From IMG/VR virus record IMGVR_UViG_3300044971_004534: a stretch of 64,000 nucleotides of DNA. One strand, 5' to 3'. This DNA is from a virus. Shown piece by piece: positions 1 through 7,482 of this stretch (position 1 is its first letter; each line of letters begins with the position of its first letter). The translations under genes and the position numbers were made by a program. The notes beneath the pieces are model-generated. The model worked only from the letters and a program-made list of their open reading frames with translations, was not told where the DNA came from and searched no databases.

Positions 1-2991
1 GTTGAAGCAACTTGCAAAATTGCTTCCAAGGTTACCGATCAGGAAAAGGCAGCTTTTGAAAAGTGGGCTTCTTCTGTCCCTGCAGAAAAGGTAGTTGCTG
101 AGGAGTCATCTCAAACTAAGAGAGCTTCTTTGCTTGCTGATTTAGACAAGCTCGAAAAGCAGGCTCAGCTTGCTGGTGGTCAAATGCCAGCTGGATTGAA
201 TCCTGCAGGTATGGGCATGGGCATGCAGTTGCCTGGTGGAGCTCCTCCAGCTGGTGCTCCAGGAGTTGAGGCTTTAACTGCAGGCGCTCCTGTTGATCCC
301 GCAGCTGCTGCTCCAATGGGTGCAGATCCTTTGGCTGGTGGTGATATGGGCGGTGAGGCAGAAGAAAGTAAGCCAAAGCCACCAGGCGCAGTTTGCGTTG
401 TCTGCGGTGGACAGGATGTTGATGTTCTTGGCGGTAAGTCCAAGTGCAATGGTCCTGGATGCGGCTTAAATTATACAATCAAGATTGTACCTGATGCATC
501 TTTACTTGACAAGATCACAGATGGTGATGTTGATCAAGAAGACGTTACTGCAAGTCCAGAGTCTCCAGAAAAGGGATTGGGTGGCGAAGGTGCAATGTCT
601 CCTGCTCCAGACATGGGTATGGGCGCTCCAGCTCCTGGCGGCATGCCAGGAATGGGTGGAATGGCAGTTGCGGCTTCTACCAAAATCAGCGCAGATACCA
701 TGAAGAAGTTTGCTTCTAAGGGCGAGCTTGGCAGTATCAGTCCAATCAGTGGTGAACGTAACACCGTCAAGTTAGATAAGGAGCACTGGCAGTGCCTTGA
801 TAGTGGTCAAATCTATAAGGTCAGACTTGCTGCAAAGACTGACGATCCAAAGCATGTTTATGCTCAATGGGAATGGGCTCCTGTCGCTAAGCAAGCCTCT
901 TGCACTCCATGTGAGCGCAAGAAGAATGCAATAATCAAGGCTCTTTCTGCAGTTGGTATTTCAGAGGACTCTTTTGATGGAATGTCAATGCAGGATAAGG
1001 CAGCTGCTCTTAACACCATCAATGATAAGGGTCTTCTTGGAACTATCAAAGAAGCATCTTCTGATGACGTTAAGGGATTCTTCAAGCAAGCATTTACTGT
1101 TCATGGTGAATTCCCAATGTCAAGATGCATTGAAAAGCTTGCAAACAGATACGGTGAGAATGCGCTCGCACTAAGTGGTCCATGTGAGGGTAAGAATCTC
1201 GCAGAATGTGTTTGCGGATCTTTGTCTGACGAAAACGTCTATACAACTAAGCTTGCTAACAAGATCGCATCTGCTTGGTCAGAGCGTGATGCAATGCATG
1301 AGTGCGTAGAAGATTTTGTCAGAAGTGGTCTAGTTTTGAATAAGGCTGCTCAGGCATGTGAAGATCTTAAGTCTAAGTACGTGTCTGCAGAAGAAATTTA
1401 TGCAGAAACTCTTTCTGAAGATCAGTCCATCAAGTCTGCTATGGGTGATGGAGAAATGGATGAAGAAGATCCATTTGACTCTGAAGATTTCTCTGATTCT
1501 CCTGAGGGAGACGAAGGTGAAATGCCAGAGATGTCTGGTATGGATTCTGGCGAGGATATGGAAGAAGATCTTGACATGGATGAGCCAACTGAAGAAGAAA
1601 TGCCAGAAGGCTACCGCGACGAATCAGATGATGAAGGTTTCGATTTAGATATTGAATTCGAAAACACTGATTCGTCTGATATGGGTGAGGATGCAGATCT
1701 TGATGTTGAAATAGAAATGCCAGAATCAGAAGAAGGCATGGAGCCAGAATCTGAAGAGTCAGAAATGTCCGAAATGCCAGAACAAGAGGAGGGCGAAATG
1801 GATACAGCAGAAGATACCGAAGGTCCATCTATGATGGAAGAGTCTGATATGATGAAGGAAGCTCCAAAGAGCGCTTCTCAGAATGATGAGATAGAGCGCC
1901 TTGAAAAGGAAGCTCATTCTCTTCGTCGTGGACGTATAGTCGGTGTCAATAAGTTAAACATTGATATTGACTCTATACGTGCTGCTCTTAACAAGCAAGC
2001 CAAGTCTGGCAAGCTCGAACAAACAAGTGCACAAGACGTTGTCGGTGCAGTTGCAAACGGCAAGCCACACAAGGATAGCACTCAAGAGGGCTTCTCAGCC
2101 GAATCTCCCGATGTTCCAAGCAATGGCGGTAAGCCATTGGCTGCTGAGCACGGAGAGGGATTCAAGGAAAGTGCTCCAGAAATTCCATACGGTGATGGTC
2201 AGTTTGAAGGCGAGCCAAACAAGGGTGAAATGCAAAATGCAATCACTGGCGGACAGGCTGGTCAAGGCAAGGATCACACTGGAAAGTATCGCAAGGCTTC
2301 CAACATGTTCGATCAAGCTTTGTCTAAGTTAGCAAAAGACATGGGCTTGTCCGTTCACACCGTGCAGGACGATGCTGATCTAGGTCAGATAGCCAACGGT
2401 AAGCCACACAAGGACAGCACTCAAGAAGGTTTCTCTGCCGAAACTCCTGATGTTCCAGAAAATGGAGGCAAGCCTCTTTCTTCTGAGAAGGGTGAGGGCT
2501 TCAAGGTAGATTCTCCAAGTATCCCAGCCGGAGATGGTCAGCTTGGCCATGAATCTGAGCTTGGACTTGAGGGCGAAAAGCAAAATCAAATCACCGGTGG
2601 TCAAAACGGCCAGGGTGGTGCACAAAACTATAAATCTAAGAAGGCCAGTAGTGCCAACAAAGAGGTTGCAATTAAGCTTGCTGCCAAAATGGTAGAAAAC
2701 GGCATAATCAAAGCCGACCAGATGCCAGCAAAGCTCGCGGAGTTGCAGAGATACGAGGTATCTCAGCTTCGTGACCTCGAAAAGGCGATGTTTAATCGCC
2801 CAAGCGCTACCAAGGGTCTGAAGGTTGCATCGAGTGGAGTTGAGCAGCCACTCGTAATCAACGAAGTAAGCAGTCACAAAAATGCTTCGTCTGATCTGAA
2901 AGGTAAAATTGCTTCTCTATTCCGTCTCCAACAGCAGGTCGAGATGGCAGATGAGAGCGAGGCTGCTAAGTTACGTAATGCATTCAAATGA
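1..2991 (+). CDS. Head scaffolding-like / internal head protein, 5'-partial (runs off the window start)
   Basis: Frame 1 is open from nt 1 (VEATCKIASKVTDQEKAAFEKW...) into the listed 130..2991 ORF, so the TTG at 130 is not the real start. The gene lies directly upstream of a decoration-like gene and an HK97-type capsid gene (lambda-like Nu3-D-E order). It has M/G/P/A-rich tracts (nt ~170-370 and ~590-680) and Cys clusters (CVVCGG...CNGPGCG at nt ~394-465, CTPCE at ~900, CEGKNLAECVC at ~1185-1215). A ~150-aa tract is about half D/E (nt ~1420-1860) and the C-terminus is helical. Coding status is near certain; the function is positional and compositional inference only. Confidence 0.45.
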   Translation, partial: VEATCKIASKVTDQEKAAFEKWASSVPAEKVVAEESSQTKRASLLADLDKLEKQAQLAGGQMPAGLNPAGMGMGMQLPGGAPPAGAPGVEALTAGAPVDPAAAAPMGADPLAGGDMGGEAEESKPKPPGAVCVVCGGQDVDVLGGKSKCNGPGCGLNYTIKIVPDASLLDKITDGDVDQEDVTASPESPEKGLGGEGAMSPAPDMGMGAPAPGGMPGMGGMAVAASTKISADTMKKFASKGELGSISPISGERNTVKLDKEHWQCLDSGQIYKVRLAAKTDDPKHVYAQWEWAPVAKQASCTPCERKKNAIIKALSAVGISEDSFDGMSMQDKAAALNTINDKGLLGTIKEASSDDVKGFFKQAFTVHGEFPMSRCIEKLANRYGENALALSGPCEGKNLAECVCGSLSDENVYTTKLANKIASAWSERDAMHECVEDFVRSGLVLNKAAQACEDLKSKYVSAEEIYAETLSEDQSIKSAMGDGEMDEEDPFDSEDFSDSPEGDEGEMPEMSGMDSGEDMEEDLDMDEPTEEEMPEGYRDESDDEGFDLDIEFENTDSSDMGEDADLDVEIEMPESEEGMEPESEESEMSEMPEQEEGEMDTAEDTEGPSMMEESDMMKEAPKSASQNDEIERLEKEAHSLRRGRIVGVNKLNIDIDSIRAALNKQAKSGKLEQTSAQDVVGAVANGKPHKDSTQEGFSAESPDVPSNGGKPLAAEHGEGFKESAPEIPYGDGQFEGEPNKGEMQNAITGGQAGQGKDHTGKYRKASNMFDQALSKLAKDMGLSVHTVQDDADLGQIANGKPHKDSTQEGFSAETPDVPENGGKPLSSEKGEGFKVDSPSIPAGDGQLGHESELGLEGEKQNQITGGQNGQGGAQNYKSKKASSANKEVAIKLAAKMVENGIIKADQMPAKLAELQRYEVSQLRDLEKAMFNRPSATKGLKVASSGVEQPLVINEVSSHKNASSDLKGKIASLFRLQQQVEMADESEAAKLRNAFK
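2053..2625 (+). repeat. Intragenic duplication (two diverged copies, offset 339 nt = 113 aa) inside the scaffold-like gene
   Basis: Copy 1 is ANGKPHKDSTQEGFSAESPDVPSNGGKPLAAEHGEGFKESAPEIPYGDGQ...ITGGQAGQG (from nt 2053). Copy 2 is ANGKPHKDSTQEGFSAETPDVPENGGKPLSSEKGEGFKVDSPSIPAGDGQ...ITGGQNGQG (from nt 2392). The nucleotide differences are of all types, not biased to one base. Confidence 0.85.
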
Positions 2992-3021
2992 CTTGCAAAT
3001 TAATTCTTAAGGAGAATAAAA

Positions 3022-3591
3022 ATGGCTTTAATTGAAGTTTTTCACACAATAGCAACCCAGCTCCCCACCACTGCTACAGACATTGTTGAGGGCATGGGCG
3101 TTAAGCTCAGTGCAAATTCAGGCGCTGAGTCCTCAGTAGTTAGAAAGAGTTCTAACACTGACATCGTGTTTGGTATAGCAGGAGACAGCGCAAAAAGCAC
3201 TGGTCCAAATAAGCCCTATGGAGCTTCTTTGGTTGTAAATGCTGCTGGCGGCACTCGTGCAACTCAAAACCGTGTCTCTGATTTCTTTAATGAGACTGTT
3301 GGTTCTGGAAAGATGACTGTTTATACTGGTATTGGAGAATTTTACACTGACCAGTATGACACAGGTCAGTCTTATACAGCTGGTGCAGCTCTTTACTGCA
3401 ACGGTAATGGTAAGTTGACCAGTGTGTCTTCTAGCATGGGCAATCAGATTGGATACATAATTGACGGGCCACGCGCTTATCCAAGCGGTGTTCCTGGCGT
3501 AGACGACGGTGGCGTTGCTGGAAACACTGCTGCAGTTAATGGCAGCTTGTCTCTTGGCACCTTCCTCCGTTTCTACATGAACGTTCAGTAA
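3022..3591 (+). CDS. Putative head decoration / auxiliary capsid protein (function by position only)
   Basis: 189-aa ORF with an AAGGAG Shine-Dalgarno (nt ~3010-3015) upstream of the ATG at 3022. It sits between the scaffold-like gene and the major capsid gene, where lambda has gpD. It shares the elevated GC and C-ending codon style of the capsid gene. I recognised no diagnostic motif. Confidence 0.35.
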   Translation: MALIEVFHTIATQLPTTATDIVEGMGVKLSANSGAESSVVRKSSNTDIVFGIAGDSAKSTGPNKPYGASLVVNAAGGTRATQNRVSDFFNETVGSGKMTVYTGIGEFYTDQYDTGQSYTAGAALYCNGNGKLTSVSSSMGNQIGYIIDGPRAYPSGVPGVDDGGVAGNTAAVNGSLSLGTFLRFYMNVQ

Positions 3592-3655
3592 TTTTATATT
3601 GGTATTCTTGTTGAGATCAATATAACAAAATAAAACTTTGAAAGGATATACAAAC

Positions 3656-4528
3656 ATGTCACTAAATAAAGATGGTTTGACCTATGATGAAAAGGAGGCA
3701 GTGATTGCCCAAGCCCTCGCAACCGAGGAAGGCCGCACTGCTCTCGCACAGGCCATGGTGGAGCCAATCCGCCGTTCACTAGAGTATCAGGCTGTAGGCC
3801 GCAAGCTTCTCATGGTAGATGAGCTCCCACAAGGCGCTCTTCCCCGCTATGAGCGCGATGTTGCCTCTACAGCAACTGTTATTGCCCGTCAGGGTGCAGT
3901 TCCCGATCAGATTCAGGAAGGCGAGGAAGTCCTCGTTCCAACTTTTGAGATCGCTGCTCACCCAACAATTCGTTTGAGCGAGATCAAGGCACGTCGCTTC
4001 TATATCGTTGACCGTGCTCAGATCAAGGCAAAGGAAGCCATTCAGAAGGAAGAAGATCGCAATATCTTCAGCGCTCTGATTGCTGCTGCTGATGCTCGCA
4101 ATGATCAAGTCGTTGGTAACACCGGTGACTTGACCACTGATTCGCTCAACGTTGCATACCGTTTGATTGAGACTCACGATCTTGTCGCAAGCAAGGTTGT
4201 TGCTCACCCCCTTCAGTATGCTCGTTTCCGCGTGTTTGGTAAGACCTTCTATGATGAGGCTACCACTCGTGAAATCCTCACCACCGGTCTCTATGGTCAC
4301 CTCTGGACTGCTGACATCCACGTCAGCTCCCAGCTTGACGCTCAGACCGTATTGGTGTGCGCTTCTCCCGACACTGTCGGTGCCTTCCCCATCCGCCAGG
4401 ACATCACAGTCCTTCCAGCAGATGATCCAAAGAAGCTCCGTCTTGGTTGGGTAATCTACGAAGAAGTCGGCATCGTTGTTATGAACGATTACGCCATCTC
4501 GAAGATCGAAGTTTACCGTGCATCCTAA
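3656..4528 (+). CDS. Major capsid protein, HK97/encapsulin-like fold
   Basis: 290 aa counted from the ATG at 3656, with AAAGGA at 3641-3646 as SD; the track's TTG at 3638 is probably too early. The layout resembles HK97-fold/encapsulin shell proteins: N-terminal helix region (EPIRRSLEYQAVGRKLLMVDEL), VPTFEIAAHPTIRLSEI, QKEEDRNIFSAL, and C-terminal LRLGWVIYEEVGIVVMNDYAISKIEV. Codon usage looks highly expression-biased. A strong terminator follows, and neck, tail and tape-measure genes lie downstream. Confidence 0.85.
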   Translation: MSLNKDGLTYDEKEAVIAQALATEEGRTALAQAMVEPIRRSLEYQAVGRKLLMVDELPQGALPRYERDVASTATVIARQGAVPDQIQEGEEVLVPTFEIAAHPTIRLSEIKARRFYIVDRAQIKAKEAIQKEEDRNIFSALIAAADARNDQVVGNTGDLTTDSLNVAYRLIETHDLVASKVVAHPLQYARFRVFGKTFYDEATTREILTTGLYGHLWTADIHVSSQLDAQTVLVCASPDTVGAFPIRQDITVLPADDPKKLRLGWVIYEEVGIVVMNDYAISKIEVYRAS

Positions 4529-4558
4529 TAGCTAGGTAAATATAGGGTTTTTTAAATC

Positions 4559-4595
4559 GCAACCCGCTCTCCGAAAGGAGGGCGGGTTGCTTTTT
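4559..4595 (+). terminator. Rho-independent terminator after the capsid gene
   Basis: GCAACCCGC (4559-4567) pairs perfectly with GCGGGTTGC (4582-4590). The stem extends through CTCC (4569-4572) and GGAG (4577-4580) around a GAAA tetraloop, followed by TTTTT (4591-4595). It lies 31 nt after the capsid stop codon. Confidence 0.9.
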
Positions 4596-4615
4596 ATGTA
4601 TTAATATATACTTCT

Positions 4616-6184
4616 ATGAATTGGTATAAAGTTGCTGACAAAATATCTAAATCTATTCAGTTAACTCCTGAAGAGCATGCTATATTTAATGTAATTAAGG
4701 CTGGCAGAGATGCATACGCTTCAGGTGTTCAATTGAGGATCGCTGGAGGATGGGTTAGGGACAGGTTGCTTGGCAAAGTATCTGACGACATAGATATCGC
4801 TGTTAGCGGAGGTGATGGCAACTCTGTGGCAGAAGCCGTTAGACGTTATGATATTGAACAAAATGCAGGCAAGCACACAAAAGATCCTTACGCAGTAAGT
4901 TTAGAAAAAACTCAACCGGGTGAAAAGAAAACAAGTGCTGGACTAAAAGTAGGCGCTATAGATATTAATGGAATTAAGGTAGAATTTGTGCCTATGCGCA
5001 CAGAGATTTATAATCCTACCAGTAGAGTTCCAGAAATATCTGCAACAAATGATCCTACAGAAGACGTAAAAAGAAGGGATTTAACAATTAATGCAATTTA
5101 TTATAATATTGATACTGGTAAAATCGAAGACTATGTAGGCGGGGTAAAAGATTTAGAAAATGGTATTTTAAGAACGCCAGTTGATCCTGTAGTAACTTTA
5201 AAAGAAGATCCGTTAAGAGCATTAAGGGCATTGCGTTTTTTATCTCAAATGTATGGCTTTGAGCTTGATGAACAGTTGGTTGAAGCATTGAAGCATCCAG
5301 AAGTTCATAAGTCTTATCTTGATAAAGTCGCTCCAGAGCGTGCAAGAAAAGAACTTGAAAAGCTAGTTCTTGGTAAGCGTCCTGCTGATGCTATAAGGCA
5401 TTTCTTTTCAAGTGGTCTGTATTTACCAGTCTTTCATCATAAAAAACTTTATGGATTTAAGCCTATTCATATGGATCAAAACAACCCTCATCATCAGTAT
5501 AATTTGCTTGAGCATACTGTTCATGTAGTAAAAAATTTAAATAATATGCTCATTGATGCTGGAGTTTCAGACAAAGAAAGAATGGTTGCTGTTATGGCAG
5601 CTATATTCCATGATTTTGGTAAAATGGACCCAAATATTGTGCGTCCAAGTAAAAGCAACCCTAATGCTTCTTCTTATCCAGGTCATGAGAATGTCTCTGC
5701 TGAACTTGCTGTAGAAATACTGAAGAGACTTGGTTTTGGAAATGAAAGAGAATTAATATCTAAAGTTGTTCAAGAACATATGCGTCCTCATGGAGAAATG
5801 CAAAGTCCAAAATCTATTGGTAAATTTTTACGAGATTTTGAGTCGATGAGTATTGGCGATGATTCCAAAACAAGATTGTGGTGGTTGACTTTTATGCATG
5901 CGATAGCAGATTCTATGAGTAAAGGTGGAGTTGATTATGATGAGGAAGTCAAGGGGAAGCATGATCAAATCAAGACAATCGAAAAGTTTATTGAAGAAAG
6001 ATCTAAGGTGGGCACTAAGCCGCTTTTGAATGGAAAAGAAATTATGGATTTGTTTCCTGATAAAAATCCTAAAACTGGATTTATAAATGTAATGCAAAAT
6101 GCTTTAGCTGAAGCTCAAGATAGTGGTGAAATAAAAGACAAGAATGAAGCAAAAAATTTCTTGCTAAAACAGTTTTCTCAATAA
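4616..6184 (+). CDS. cca: Class II tRNA nucleotidyltransferase (CCA-adding enzyme family) with C-terminal HD domain
   Basis: The class II nucleotidyltransferase motifs appear in order: GGWVRDRLLG, DIDIAV (catalytic DxD), RRDLTINAIYYN, EDPLRALRALRF. Downstream HD-domain signatures are present (LLEHTVHV ... IFHDFGK). I cannot separate CCA-adding from CC-adding, A-adding or poly(A) polymerase activity by eye. Confidence 0.85.
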   Translation: MNWYKVADKISKSIQLTPEEHAIFNVIKAGRDAYASGVQLRIAGGWVRDRLLGKVSDDIDIAVSGGDGNSVAEAVRRYDIEQNAGKHTKDPYAVSLEKTQPGEKKTSAGLKVGAIDINGIKVEFVPMRTEIYNPTSRVPEISATNDPTEDVKRRDLTINAIYYNIDTGKIEDYVGGVKDLENGILRTPVDPVVTLKEDPLRALRALRFLSQMYGFELDEQLVEALKHPEVHKSYLDKVAPERARKELEKLVLGKRPADAIRHFFSSGLYLPVFHHKKLYGFKPIHMDQNNPHHQYNLLEHTVHVVKNLNNMLIDAGVSDKERMVAVMAAIFHDFGKMDPNIVRPSKSNPNASSYPGHENVSAELAVEILKRLGFGNERELISKVVQEHMRPHGEMQSPKSIGKFLRDFESMSIGDDSKTRLWWLTFMHAIADSMSKGGVDYDEEVKGKHDQIKTIEKFIEERSKVGTKPLLNGKEIMDLFPDKNPKTGFINVMQNALAEAQDSGEIKDKNEAKNFLLKQFSQ

Positions 6185-6187
6185 ATT

Positions 6188-7435
6188 TTATAATCCAAAT
6201 CTTGCTTTTGTTGCATTGTAGTTGCTTGTAATTTCTGCAGCACTTAATGCTCTATTATAAACATAAAATGCTCCTACTTTCATTACAGGGTATGGAGTAC
6301 CTTCCTGTATGCTCTGACCTATTCTTAAAGAGGCGTCGTTGTTTGGAATACTGTTTTCTGCATTATTTACAGAAACAACATTTGTTGTATCCACGTAAGC
6401 TTTTGGAGACCCTCCAAAGTCTATCACGGCAGTAAACAAATGCCACGTATTTAAACTCCAAACATTGTTTGCACTGTTATATCCACCATTTACAGTCAGT
6501 CCATTCATTTGCAGTCTTAAGACATTGTTTGTTTGTATTGCAAGACTGTAACCATCATAGTCCTTAGTCACTCCATATTGTTTTCCAAACAATCCATCTC
6601 CTGCTGTGAATGAGGATATTTTTGCCCATATTTGAATGGTCAGTTCTCCAGTTGTTGATCCTCTCAGTGCTGCGTTGTCAGCTATATTGACATAGTCGTT
6701 ATCTCCATCAAAGCTAATTACCCCTCCATCTTCGTTAACAAATGTTGGTCCGTTTGTTAATGTACCGTTGTATCCTCCAACTATATCTGTCCACGTTGTT
6801 CCAGACCCAGGATAGCTTGCAGAATTACTTGCGTCTAAGTGCAATATCAAGCCGCTAGTAACTGCTGGGCTATAAGACGAAGACGCAGATTCAATATCAA
6901 TTAAGGCTACAGGAGAAAAGCCGTCTGAGTATTCTCCACACAATATTAGCTTGTGTCCAAACATAAATTTCTTAAAAGCTCTTGGCTGTTGTTCCGTTGT
7001 TACTATGGCTAAAGAATGGTCTTCATCAAGTAGCCATTGCATACCAGAATAGTCTGTGGACTTATTCATTGGAACATAGTCTAAATCCGTAAGTTTTTGT
7101 AAATGCAATATATAATCATTTAGTCCATTTGTGGCAACTTGCACTGAGCATCCATTTAATACAGTTTTGTCAGTAAGAGTGCCAAAGCTGCCTTGTAACC
7201 CAGTAATTGCTTGTACATCTACTACTCTTAAAGCTGATTTTCCATTTACCATTCTATAGGCAAGCATTGGGATGCCGCTTATTGGATATCTGTCAGTATC
7301 ATAATAGTGTGAGCTTATTTCGCTACATGTTAGCTTTTTTACATTGTCCGTGAGGCTTTCTAGCGTTCTTATTTTTGATGAACCTAGCATCATAAAGCCT
7401 TTTGTATAGCTTGTTGTGTCGTATGTATATGCCAT
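6188..7435 (-). CDS. LamG / concanavalin-A-like lectin-fold protein (Laminin_G_3-type C-terminal domain); only minus-strand gene in the window
   Basis: The C-terminal ~220 aa match the classic Laminin_G_3 pattern: LILHLDASNSASYPGSGTTWTDIVGGYNGTLTNGPTF...ISFDGDNDYVNI...ELTIQIWAK...WHLFTAVID...AYVDT...LRIGQ...VGAFYVYNRALSAAEITSNYN. The N-terminal ~190 aa are unassigned. The gene converges on cca with only 3 nt between the two stop codons. Confidence 0.75.
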   Translation of the reverse strand: MAYTYDTTSYTKGFMMLGSSKIRTLESLTDNVKKLTCSEISSHYYDTDRYPISGIPMLAYRMVNGKSALRVVDVQAITGLQGSFGTLTDKTVLNGCSVQVATNGLNDYILHLQKLTDLDYVPMNKSTDYSGMQWLLDEDHSLAIVTTEQQPRAFKKFMFGHKLILCGEYSDGFSPVALIDIESASSSYSPAVTSGLILHLDASNSASYPGSGTTWTDIVGGYNGTLTNGPTFVNEDGGVISFDGDNDYVNIADNAALRGSTTGELTIQIWAKISSFTAGDGLFGKQYGVTKDYDGYSLAIQTNNVLRLQMNGLTVNGGYNSANNVWSLNTWHLFTAVIDFGGSPKAYVDTTNVVSVNNAENSIPNNDASLRIGQSIQEGTPYPVMKVGAFYVYNRALSAAEITSNYNATKARFGL

Positions 7436-7482
7436 AAGGATTATTATAAAAAAATATATCTTAAACCTTTCGATAAAGGACT
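7436..7482. promoter_or_regulatory. AT-rich divergent intergenic region, candidate bidirectional promoter
   Basis: This is a 47-nt gap between the divergently oriented genes 6188-7435(-) and 7483-8841(+). Its sequence is aaggattattataaaaaaatatatcttaaacctttcgataaaggact, with TATAAA/TATATC-like elements and an AAAGGA SD at 7475-7480 for the + gene. No confident -35/-10 pair was found, so the call rests on geometry: a strand switch needs a promoter. Confidence 0.3.

Noticed and set aside
116-478. Minus-strand ORFs nested in the scaffold-like, decoration and capsid genes (116-478, 180-449, 534-770, 1439-1828, 2380-2877, 3133-3657, 3779-4321). The alternative + frame ORFs 485-703 and 4167-4454 belong to the same group.
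   Set aside because: They lie entirely inside long + strand genes that have clear protein-like sequence. The locally high GC and repetitive composition suppress stop codons in the other frames. Their translations are low-complexity (P/A/G/S/L-rich) and lack start context.
2053-2625. Possible diversity-generating retroelement template/variable repeat pair
   Set aside because: The differences between the two copies involve all four bases and are largely synonymous-looking, not adenine-specific. No reverse transcriptase gene is present in the window, and both copies are in the same ORF.
3608-3636. Sigma-70-like promoter upstream of the capsid gene (TTGTTG - 17 nt - TAAAAC)
   Set aside because: It is only a weak match to consensus in AT-rich sequence where such matches arise by chance. 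Phage late genes often use non-sigma-70 signals. It is not reported as a feature.
3656-4528. Bacterial encapsulin nanocompartment shell gene with upstream cargo
   Set aside because: The fold resemblance is expected because encapsulins and HK97-type capsids are homologous. The surrounding connector-like, major tail, frameshifting chaperone and tape measure genes argue for a phage capsid.
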